Shown here piece by piece: positions 56,202 to 64,000 of a stretch of DNA of 64,000 bases (position 1 is the stretch's first letter; each line of letters opens with the position of its first letter). The notes beneath the pieces are model-generated. The model was not told the DNA's origin. It saw only the letters and a list, made by a program, of their open reading frames with translations, and did no database searches. A program made the position numbers and the translations under genes. The DNA lies in NCBI GenBank assembly GCA_043802485.1, contig JAZDKZ010000005.1:15485-79484 (forward strand), read 5' to 3'. The DNA is from Candidatus Aenigmatarchaeota archaeon (GTDB lineage Archaea; Aenigmatarchaeota; Aenigmatarchaeia; Aenigmatarchaeales; Aenigmatarchaeaceae).

Positions 56202-57203
56202 ATGGCCAAGAAAAATCCCAAAGTGTCAGTAATAATTCCTAGATTTTTACAAATGGAGTGTTCGGCAACTAAAAAGTTTCCTTATTTCACGCCCTTTGTA
56301 CCATTGAAAGAGTGTATAGAGTCTGTTAAAAATCAGGATTACAAGAACAAGGAAATAATATTCACTAAGGAAACTCATCCTAAGGGCACCGGGGCAATAA
56401 GAAACGAGGCAATAAAAAAAGCGACAGGCGACATCATACTTTGCATATGTCCAGACTCTGTTATGGTTGGTAAGAACTGCATCTCAAACTTCGTGAAGGT
56501 GTTTAACGAAAGGGATGTGGACGTTGTTGTCGGAAGCAGCATACCATCGAAAAAGCTTTCTTCTCCGTTCGTTTACCTCTTGACTTTGGAGTATGCTGAG
56601 AGGGAGAGAAATATGGGCGAGGGTTACACAAATGCCGGCGCAACATCATATTTTGCAATCAAGAAGGACGTCCTAAAAAAGATTGGCGGCTTTCCTCTGA
56701 GGAGCCCGGCGATAAACACCGGCAACCCACTTTTCGATTCCGGCTTCCCTGACTGGGATATTTGTGGGATACTTGTAGAAAAAGGCTATAAGATATGGCA
56801 TACGAACAAGGCCAAATTCTACCATATTTACCAAACCGATGCCATCTCTTACTTCAAAAAGCAGATGATGCAGACCTGGTACAGAGTGGCCTATCTTAAG
56901 AGGTTTAAGGTAGTGAAGGAAGGTTACATATCTAATAAGATAATTGTACAGCCATTTCTGTTCCTATTGCTGCCTGTGTGGCTTGCATTAGGCCTTCTTA
57001 TTCCGTCCGGAATTTGGCCAGCTGCCTTTCTGCTAAATCTATTGGCTATATTGTTTTGGGATGTTAGTTCTGTATTAAGTTTTTATAAGAAAACCAAAAA
57101 CTGGAAAGTGGCTCTTCTGTTTCCAATTTCTTTCATAAGAAGCTTTTCATGGCTGTTCGGCGTAATCAAGGGTATTATAGACTTTTACATACTCAAAGCT
57201 TGA
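56202..57203 (+). CDS. glycosyltransferase family 2 (divergent DxD region)
   Basis: KVSVIIP, RN.AI..A.GD, ICPDS in place of DxD, GGF, C-terminal TMs. Confidence 0.8.
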   Translation: MAKKNPKVSVIIPRFLQMECSATKKFPYFTPFVPLKECIESVKNQDYKNKEIIFTKETHPKGTGAIRNEAIKKATGDIILCICPDSVMVGKNCISNFVKVFNERDVDVVVGSSIPSKKLSSPFVYLLTLEYAERERNMGEGYTNAGATSYFAIKKDVLKKIGGFPLRSPAINTGNPLFDSGFPDWDICGILVEKGYKIWHTNKAKFYHIYQTDAISYFKKQMMQTWYRVAYLKRFKVVKEGYISNKIIVQPFLFLLLPVWLALGLLIPSGIWPAAFLLNLLAILFWDVSSVLSFYKKTKNWKVALLFPISFIRSFSWLFGVIKGIIDFYILKA

Positions 57204-57774
57204 TTGCCCTGAGCCTCATCTCGTTTATAGTTATTCTGTCCCTTAAGAATTTTGGAGAAAGTGGAAAGTATGACACCTCGGTCACTTTGAATCCAGAATC
57301 TTCCAAAAGATTTGTTAGCCTTTCTTTGTCCCAGTACTTTACATGCGTCTTGTCCCTCTCATAGCCCTTTCTATTCGGAACTATTATTATCAGCAAACCT
57401 TTCTTCTTCAGGATCCTTCTGAATTCCCTTATAGCGTCAACCGGCCTTTTTAGATGCTCGATGAGATGTGACGCAAAAACCGTCCTGAAAGTTCCTGCCT
57501 TGAAAGGGATTTTAGAAGCATTTCCCAAAAAGCACTTTAGCTTTCTGGATTTGCAGTAATCCACGACCATCGGGTTGCTATCGATGCCATAGACATTCTT
57601 GTACATTTCTAGTATCTCGCCCAGACCACAACCGACATCCAAAGTCTTGCCTCTGAATTCCTTTACAATCGACCTGTACATGAACTTTCGCAAAACAAAG
57701 CTCAACCTGCTTCTTTTGGCAAGATAGCTAAAGTATTCATCGTCTGTGGTTTTCATTGTATCAACTATATTCAC
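57193..57774 (-). CDS. class I SAM-dependent methyltransferase
   Basis: LDVGCGLG, GID, HLIEHL, RILK..G.L...VPN, TH; start may be ATG 57756. Confidence 0.88.
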   Translation of the reverse strand: MNIVDTMKTTDDEYFSYLAKRSRLSFVLRKFMYRSIVKEFRGKTLDVGCGLGEILEMYKNVYGIDSNPMVVDYCKSRKLKCFLGNASKIPFKAGTFRTVFASHLIEHLKRPVDAIREFRRILKKKGLLIIIVPNRKGYERDKTHVKYWDKERLTNLLEDSGFKVTEVSYFPLSPKFLRDRITINEMRLRAIKL

Positions 57775-57815
57775 TTACCTAACATTATTAAAAAACGGCT
57801 ATTTAATATATTTCT

Positions 57816-58466
57816 ATGAAAGCAGTCTGCATAATAGCCGCTTATAACGAGGAAGGAAGGATAGTGCCTGTCATAAGAGGCGTGAGAAAATTCATCAAAG
57901 GTGTGATAGTTGTTGATGACGGCTCAAAGGACAAGACAAGTGCTGTTTCAAAAAAGGCTGGTGCAAAAGTCATAAGCTACAAAGTCAATAGGGGGAAGGG
58001 ATACGCTCTCAGGCTTGGATTAAAAGCAGCTATGAAGATGAAACCTGATGTCATCATTATTCTGGATGCTGACGGTCAGCACGACCCCAAATACATCCCA
58101 GACTTTATCAAAAAAATAAAAAGTGGCGCAGACTATGTCTACGGAAAAAGGGATCTTTCCAACTATCCGTTGGACAGAAAGGTTGGGAACTGGGGCCTCA
58201 AGACACTTACTAATCTTTTATTCCCGACAGGAATCCAGGACACTGAATCAGGCTATAGGGCCATGAGCACGGAAGCTGCAAAAAAACTGAAGCTGAAGGG
58301 TAACAGATATGAAGTTGAGATGAGCTTCGCATACGAGGTCTGGAGAAACAAGTTCAATGTAAGCTGCGTCAGTATCAAAGTTCCGGTATTCCACAAGAAG
58401 TTCGCTGTTGATAGGGGCATCAAGAACTTTGTCTACCTATTGAAAATGAGATTCGGAACAGCTTAG
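57816..58466 (+). CDS. GT2, polyprenol-phosphate glycosyltransferase (DPM1-like)
   Basis: AYNE, VDDGSKD, NRGKG.A, LDADGQHDP, DTESGYRA. Confidence 0.9.
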   Translation: MKAVCIIAAYNEEGRIVPVIRGVRKFIKGVIVVDDGSKDKTSAVSKKAGAKVISYKVNRGKGYALRLGLKAAMKMKPDVIIILDADGQHDPKYIPDFIKKIKSGADYVYGKRDLSNYPLDRKVGNWGLKTLTNLLFPTGIQDTESGYRAMSTEAAKKLKLKGNRYEVEMSFAYEVWRNKFNVSCVSIKVPVFHKKFAVDRGIKNFVYLLKMRFGTA

Positions 58467-59485
58467 ATGAATTTCTTTACCAAAAACCAGTATATTTTGA
58501 GAAAATGACTGGCAAATTTATTAAGGGCGACGCTCTCCTGGGCGTAGGAAATATCAGACGTAAAACTCTTTGTGATTTCTCTGTCACTGACTTTCCTCAG
58601 TCTCTGAAGCTTTGCTCTTTTTGCCATGATTTTTCCAAAGTTCGAAACAATGAAGAAGTAGCTTCCCAACTTGAAAGACAGCCAACCTCGTATTGCAGAG
58701 TAAGCAATCATTGGTATTTCTGTCAGTATCAGCATAGGAAGAACCAGCATAAGGCTCTTGGTGTTGTAGTTCTTTAGGATTGTGACCAGCCTGTTCCTCT
58801 CCAGAAGGTACATCTTTTTGGGCCTTCTCTTGAACTTGAAGTAGTGGTATATGAGTGATGTTGGGACGTAGATGACTTTGTATCCTGCCAGCCTCGCCCT
58901 CCAGCTTAGGTCCACGTCCTCATGGTAGATGAAATAGTCTTCATCGAAGAGGCCTATCTTTTTTACAAGGTCTCTTCTTATCATGAGAGCGGCGCCTGAC
59001 GCGAAAGCCGTCTCCTCTATCTCCGTTTGCTTAAAGTTCTTCTTATACATATTAAGTGTGTAAGCAAAGCCAAGATAGTTTATGGCGCTGCCAGCATAGA
59101 GTATTGTCTTCTTGTCACCCATAAGCTGTTTCGGCGTGCATATGCCTATCTGTGGATCGCTTTCCATGACGCTCACCATGTTCGTCAACCAGTCTCTAGC
59201 GACTTCGGTGTCATTGTTCAGGCACAATATGTATTTGCCTTTGGCGGCCTTTGCACCAGTGTTATGACCCCCAGTGTATCCTAGGTTCTTTCCGTTTTCT
59301 ATAAGTTTTACTTTAGGGTAATTCCTTCTTACAAATTCCTGACTTCCGTCAATCGACCCATTGTCAACGAGTATTACCTCATATCCGTAGGGAAACTTCA
59401 TCTTCATTATAGAACCGAGGCACTTTGGAAGATAGTGCTTTTCATTGAAGTTAACTATGATTATCGAAACCATTATTTTTTTCAT
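58463..59485 (-). CDS. glycosyltransferase family 2
   Basis: VSIIIVN, VDNGS.D, LNNDT, GAAL, FDE.YF.Y.EDVDL. Confidence 0.92.
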   Translation of the reverse strand: MKKIMVSIIIVNFNEKHYLPKCLGSIMKMKFPYGYEVILVDNGSIDGSQEFVRRNYPKVKLIENGKNLGYTGGHNTGAKAAKGKYILCLNNDTEVARDWLTNMVSVMESDPQIGICTPKQLMGDKKTILYAGSAINYLGFAYTLNMYKKNFKQTEIEETAFASGAALMIRRDLVKKIGLFDEDYFIYHEDVDLSWRARLAGYKVIYVPTSLIYHYFKFKRRPKKMYLLERNRLVTILKNYNTKSLMLVLPMLILTEIPMIAYSAIRGWLSFKLGSYFFIVSNFGKIMAKRAKLQRLRKVSDREITKSFTSDISYAQESVALNKFASHFLKIYWFLVKKFI

Positions 59486-59677
59486 TTATTCACCTTTAAC
59501 TGTATTGTATCATAGTAAATTTTGTTAAGTGTCCTACCACACCTCTTCATGAAAATTTCGGTAAAGAGCCCATGCCAGGCTGTATGAAATTTTTATCTCT
59601 ATTCTGATAGGCGTATTCTTCATGGTCGGCACGCCGCTTTTCGGTTTGCCCTCGTTCCCCTTGATAGAGCTCGTCAT

Positions 59678-60931
59678 TTATACACCTGTAGTATTATTGG
59701 TAAGGTACAACGAGCCTTGATCTAAATCGAATGTCCATTTACTTTCAGCCTGTTGTGTGTAGTTCAAGTCGCATCTGTAAATTATGTACCATTTCTGGAA
59801 ATAAATGACATAAACCGGATCAGACCCGATGTTGAGTTTTGTGTAGCTACAGACTTGGGACATTTGTGAGTCCATATCATTCCATGCATACTTTGGCAAA
59901 CTAAAAGCAAAAAAGACGAACATTACCAAGCACATAATATAGACGAACTTCATGTATTTTTTTGGCAACCCCCTTGATATCTGGATGGCCAGCAGCGGGA
60001 ATATTGGCAGATAGTACCGTATTGTTATCAAAAATTCAAACGAAAGTATCTGCATTGCAAAGTAAGTCAAAACGAATATGAATATGAAGATGTGATCCTT
60101 CTCCAGTTTTCTTGTTTTACAAAGACCGTACGCTGTAAAGGCTATACCTATGTAGAACAGAAGGTCTATTGGAAGTGGATAGTAGCCTGATGTATCGAAC
60201 CAATACCTTTCTGGTTGGTTCTTCTGGAAATCAGTCTCTAACCAATTTTCAACGCTGCTTATGTCAGAAGCGCTATAACCGACAACAGTGGCTACAATAT
60301 CTCCATGAAAATATATGAAATTGCCTATGTACCATGGGAGCATGACAGCAAATGCCACTAGTATTGCGAGAAAGAACTTGCTTTTGTAGAAGTCTTTTCT
60401 AAATATATCGAATCTCTTGAAAATCAGAATAGCTATTATATAAGCGCCAAAAAATAGAAATCCTGTGCCCTTAGTCAGCGTAGTCAGTCCTGCGAATATG
60501 CCCCCCACTATAGGCTTCTTTTCGAAGTAATATATTGCCAGCAAGGACATAACAAGCAAGAATATGTCAACTCCCCCTTGTACAGAAACCCTCAAGAATA
60601 AGAACGACAGCATCATAAGAGGAACGGCTTTTTTCTCTATTTTGTAAAGGACAACCAAAGCGACTATGATTGAAATAATATCCAAAAGCTTAAATGGAAG
60701 TTGAACGGAAAGAAGAAGCGCATAAAGTATGTGTAGCAAAGGCGGATATAATCCTGCTAGATATTGGGCATTCGCATCAAAATCTCTTAGGAAGTTGGGG
60801 TTCTCTAGTATTCTTTCTGAAACTGTGTAATGTAAATAATTGTCAGAAAGTGGTGTTACAAGGATTGCACATAATGAGGCTAAGCCTAAAATTAATACAA
60901 TTAACAATATTTTTTCTGCTTCTACCTTCAT
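59678..60931 (-). CDS. GT-C superfamily membrane glycosyltransferase (ArnT/PMT-like)
   Basis: Polytopic; D..H, YPPL, D.F, G...L.K, PW, RY.LP..P. Confidence 0.75.
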   Translation of the reverse strand: MKVEAEKILLIVLILGLASLCAILVTPLSDNYLHYTVSERILENPNFLRDFDANAQYLAGLYPPLLHILYALLLSVQLPFKLLDIISIIVALVVLYKIEKKAVPLMMLSFLFLRVSVQGGVDIFLLVMSLLAIYYFEKKPIVGGIFAGLTTLTKGTGFLFFGAYIIAILIFKRFDIFRKDFYKSKFFLAILVAFAVMLPWYIGNFIYFHGDIVATVVGYSASDISSVENWLETDFQKNQPERYWFDTSGYYPLPIDLLFYIGIAFTAYGLCKTRKLEKDHIFIFIFVLTYFAMQILSFEFLITIRYYLPIFPLLAIQISRGLPKKYMKFVYIMCLVMFVFFAFSLPKYAWNDMDSQMSQVCSYTKLNIGSDPVYVIYFQKWYIIYRCDLNYTQQAESKWTFDLDQGSLYLTNNTTGV

Positions 60932-60969
60932 AAAAATCTATAACTTATATGTGATTAAATGCTTTAAAA

Positions 60970-61881
60970 TCATCTTTTCATCCTTATTTTCCAGCCCTCC
61001 TTTGTGGAGAACTTCTTAGTCCTTGCGGAAATCGATGCTATTCCTGCTATGAACAAATAGAATAACACACCAAGAACCACCTTTGCCAGCTGCTTTATGA
61101 CGTATAGAAATGAAGGCAGGTAAAAGTTCGAGACTGAGGCATTGTACTCCTTGTAGTGTTTTTGTACCTGCTTTTTTGCTATATAGCCTCTTATCTTATG
61201 ACGGTAGAATGTACCAAAGGAAAGTTTTGAAAACCTTATCGAAAAAAATGGCACGTCATCCTCCGGCGGAACTGCCACAAGATAGCCGTTCTTCATTATC
61301 TGTATAGTTCTTTCTCCGTCGTCGCATAATGTGACTTGGGTTTGTTTTAGGGCGGACTTTCTGAATATGTTGACAAAGAAGGGGAAGCGCGAACTCTTAA
61401 CATAGAGCTTACCGTCTATTGTCTGGGTCTGTTTCTTTACCTTGTACTCATGTAGCCACTTTATTATGAAATTGTTGCCAAAGGCCAGAATGGGATCATT
61501 CTCCTTTAGCTTGACTGTCGGACTGTCCTCAACGCCGCCAACTCTTTTGTCTTCAAAATATTTTATGAGGTTTTTGAAGTTATTGTTAGTAACAAGCACC
61601 CAGTCTGCGTCATGAATTATTATTATCTCGCCTCTGGCTATCTTGTAGAGCTTTTTTAGCATTAGGTGCTTTCCCGACCTTTTCTTTGACTTGTATATCT
61701 TGGCAAAAGGGAACTTTTTGACGACCTTCTCTGTTCCGTCTGTGCATCCGTCCAGCCCCACTATGACCTCCAGATTCTTGTATTCCTCTCTTCTTATCTT
61801 TTGGAGTCTCTTTAGCGGCTCTTCTATTATCTTCTCCTCGTTATGCGCAGGCAACAGAACCGAAACTAACAATTTTTTCAT
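60970..61881 (-). CDS. glycosyltransferase family 2
   Basis: VSVLLPAHNEE, DG.TDGT, GK, HDAD, DD. Confidence 0.85.
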   Translation of the reverse strand: MKKLLVSVLLPAHNEEKIIEEPLKRLQKIRREEYKNLEVIVGLDGCTDGTEKVVKKFPFAKIYKSKKRSGKHLMLKKLYKIARGEIIIIHDADWVLVTNNNFKNLIKYFEDKRVGGVEDSPTVKLKENDPILAFGNNFIIKWLHEYKVKKQTQTIDGKLYVKSSRFPFFVNIFRKSALKQTQVTLCDDGERTIQIMKNGYLVAVPPEDDVPFFSIRFSKLSFGTFYRHKIRGYIAKKQVQKHYKEYNASVSNFYLPSFLYVIKQLAKVVLGVLFYLFIAGIASISARTKKFSTKEGWKIRMKR

Positions 61882-61969
61882 TAAAATCACTATGTTTGTA
61901 GTAGTATAATAATATTAACTATTACTGATTGATGAATTTTGACTTATTATACATTATATTAGAATTTAT

Positions 61970-62956
61970 TTAGTCGTAACTTTTTCCAACCTTCTGTCTA
62001 AGTTTTTTGAAATCATCTATAGTTCTACTCAACCCATCATCCAAAGAAACCACAGGCTCCCAACCAAGTATTTTCTTGGCTTTAGTATTATCAGCGCATC
62101 TGTCATGAACACCTTCCGGCTTTGTGGTGTCGAATAAAATTTTCTTGGGCTTGAAATCACATACTTCAAGGATTTTGTATGCAAGATCCTTTATCTTAAC
62201 CTTCTCCGGCGTTCCGAGATTTATGGGGTCTGCATTATGGGATTTTTCAATGCCTAGAAGTATACCTCTGACAACGTCATCCGCATGAATAAAGCTTCTT
62301 GTCTGCTCGCCCGTACCCCATATAACAAAGGGGTCCATCTCATTAAGAGCCTTGTATGTTAAACCTGGTATTACATGGCTTTTAAGGCTGAACTCTTCTT
62401 TTCCCGAGTATACATTAAAGAATCTGAATATTGTAGCCTTCATCCCATACGCCTTTGCGTATTCCTTGACCAAAAACTCGCTGTAATGCTTTGTTCTGCC
62501 GTACATTGAGTCGTATGTCCCACCTGCGTTTTCTTCTTTGGCTGGTAACGGCGCTTCCTTTCCGTATGTACAGGCTGTTGACGAGAAAACGATGTGTTTC
62601 ACTCCGTTTTCAGCAGCAGCCTTCATCGTGTATTGATCGATAAGAGAATTCTGATAAGAAGCAAATGTTTGGTTCTTCAAGAGTTCGACGATACCTGCCA
62701 AGTATGCGGCAAGGGCGACAACCACGTCTTGGTCCTTTATGTGAGTTTTGGCAACGTTTTCCTTTGTCAGGTCGGCATGAACGAATTTAACATTAGGAAG
62801 TAAATTTCCGTCCCTGTATATGTTCTTTAAGTTTCCTCTAGAGAGGTCGTCTATGACTAAAACCTCAGCGCCTAAATCAGATAGCTTTTCGACAAGGGGA
62901 GACCCTATGTTCCCGCAACCCCCAGTCACACACACTCGCATTCCTTCCCAATTCAT
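61970..62956 (-). CDS. NAD-dependent nucleotide-sugar epimerase/dehydratase (extended SDR)
   Basis: TGG.G.IG, SST...YG, YGRTK, RFFNVY, WG.G.QTR.FI..DD. Confidence 0.92.
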   Translation of the reverse strand: MNWEGMRVCVTGGCGNIGSPLVEKLSDLGAEVLVIDDLSRGNLKNIYRDGNLLPNVKFVHADLTKENVAKTHIKDQDVVVALAAYLAGIVELLKNQTFASYQNSLIDQYTMKAAAENGVKHIVFSSTACTYGKEAPLPAKEENAGGTYDSMYGRTKHYSEFLVKEYAKAYGMKATIFRFFNVYSGKEEFSLKSHVIPGLTYKALNEMDPFVIWGTGEQTRSFIHADDVVRGILLGIEKSHNADPINLGTPEKVKIKDLAYKILEVCDFKPKKILFDTTKPEGVHDRCADNTKAKKILGWEPVVSLDDGLSRTIDDFKKLRQKVGKSYD

Positions 62957-63008
62957 AAAATCACCTGCTTATTTTATAATATCTATAATATTTGTTATTA
63001 TAAATAAT

Positions 63009-63920
63009 TCACCTTTTTAAAAAGCCCTTCAAAATACCTATCGAGTAAGGGAATATCAATATCCATCTGGCTATGTATCTTGGTAATGCTTTTTTTATTG
63101 ACCTTAATCTCAAAATCCAATAAAGAAGTGTCCCGCCAAAAACAATTACAAACAGTGGTAGGTTCAATGTGAACACTGAGACCAGACCAAGCAAAGCAGT
63201 AACAGGTAACAAAAGGGTATAGTAGTATAGCCAGTTCCTTCTTTTTTGGGCTTGCATCATAATTACAATGTCATGTCCCATCTTTATCGATTGATTCCAA
63301 AGTTTTTTGAAATCTTTGCGATAGCCTTTGTGGTAAACTATAATCTTTTCGTCAAGCCATATCTTGTATCCTGCGTCAGTCAATTTTTGGGATACATTAA
63401 CGTCTTCTGCGGCCATCAGCTTCAGACCTGACCAGCCTCCGACCTTCTTCAAAGCGCTAACTCTGAAATAACTGTTCGCACCTATGACGCCTTCAACATA
63501 GCCCTCGTCCCAAGTCTCTACCAAATACCACATATGATGCAGCCATGAGACCCAGTTTACCTTACCGTAAGGTGGATGCCTGCCTGTTCCTGCCCCAACT
63601 TCAGGATGCTCCTTGAACACATTTAAGATGTTTTTGATAAAGTTTTTGTTCAGAACGCAGTCAGAATCAGTAAATGCCAAAAATTCTGTCTTACAGTTTT
63701 TAAGGGCAACATTCCTTGCGTTGTAAAGTTTGCCTTTGGGGTTTAGCAACACCCTAAAGTTGTATTTCTTCGCCACAGGTATAGTGGTATCGTCCTTTGT
63801 ATCAACTATTATGAAGACTTGTTTCGGTTTTATCGTCTGTCTTTTAATACTATTTAGACAACTTATTATTTCTTTTTCTGCATTTCTAGCCGAAATTGCA
63901 ATTGTTATTTTGTTTTTCAT
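63009..63920 (-). CDS. glycosyltransferase family 2
   Basis: ARN, FTDSDC, GAN, AED, C-terminal TMs; ATG 63920 forms an ATGA overlap with the upstream gene. Confidence 0.88.
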   Translation of the reverse strand: MKNKITIAISARNAEKEIISCLNSIKRQTIKPKQVFIIVDTKDDTTIPVAKKYNFRVLLNPKGKLYNARNVALKNCKTEFLAFTDSDCVLNKNFIKNILNVFKEHPEVGAGTGRHPPYGKVNWVSWLHHMWYLVETWDEGYVEGVIGANSYFRVSALKKVGGWSGLKLMAAEDVNVSQKLTDAGYKIWLDEKIIVYHKGYRKDFKKLWNQSIKMGHDIVIMMQAQKRRNWLYYYTLLLPVTALLGLVSVFTLNLPLFVIVFGGTLLYWILRLRSIKKALPRYIARWILIFPYSIGILKGFLKR

Positions 63921-64000
63921 AATCTTACCTTTTGACATCTACCAAAAATCATATAAGGAAATATTTTAGCTATAATATTATTTAATTTTTTTCTAAATTT
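63917..64000 (-). CDS. 3' end of an upstream gene (partial)
   Basis: Open frame KFRKKLNNIIAKIFPYMIFGRCQKVRL* whose TGA overlaps the next ATG. Confidence 0.5.
   Translation of the reverse strand, partial: KFRKKLNNIIAKIFPYMIFGRCQKVRL

Noticed and set aside
59534..59677. Short minus-strand ORF MTSSIKGNEG...EEVW after the GT-C gene
   Set aside because: 47 codons with no recognisable motif; could be a remnant but is unsupported.
460..63969. Numerous antisense or overlapping ORFs in the track (e.g. 2179-2745, 6525-7115, 17179-17766, 46429-47019, 49500-50078)
   Set aside because: They lie opposite or within well-supported genes and show no motifs; treated as shadow ORFs.

Overview
This window is archaeal chromosomal DNA. 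It carries an archaeal histone, AglB, CDC48/VAT, archaeal-type TyrS, PolB and Lhr, plus GGTGA Shine-Dalgarno sites and TTTATA boxes. Gene content and the repertoire of large surface proteins suggest a DPANN lineage such as Aenigmarchaeota (inference). Three zones: (1) 1-32 kb housekeeping and accessory genes (acdB/acdA, nth, lhr, polB, SET-domain protein, arsM, map, histone, cdc48 with a LAGLIDADG intein, macrodomain, pyrE/pyrD, topA, serS, tyrS, beta-CASP RNase); (2) 32-47.5 kb, a minus-strand array of modular Asn-rich surface proteins with duplicated promoters and C-termini, including an anchored CE4 deacetylase; (3) 47.5-64 kb, an N-glycosylation locus (flippase, aglB, many GT2s, GT-C, epimerase) with three tandem B12-binding radical SAM genes. 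The most striking signal is an apparent four-gene operon: Cas2/VapD-like gene, cdc48, DUF3467-like gene, HEXXH metallopeptidase. Its last three unrelated products all end in the identical tetrapeptide RYIG, suggesting a shared C-terminal docking code in a proteostasis module. No CRISPR array, rRNA or intact tRNA was seen. Family assignments come from motif recognition, not database searches.
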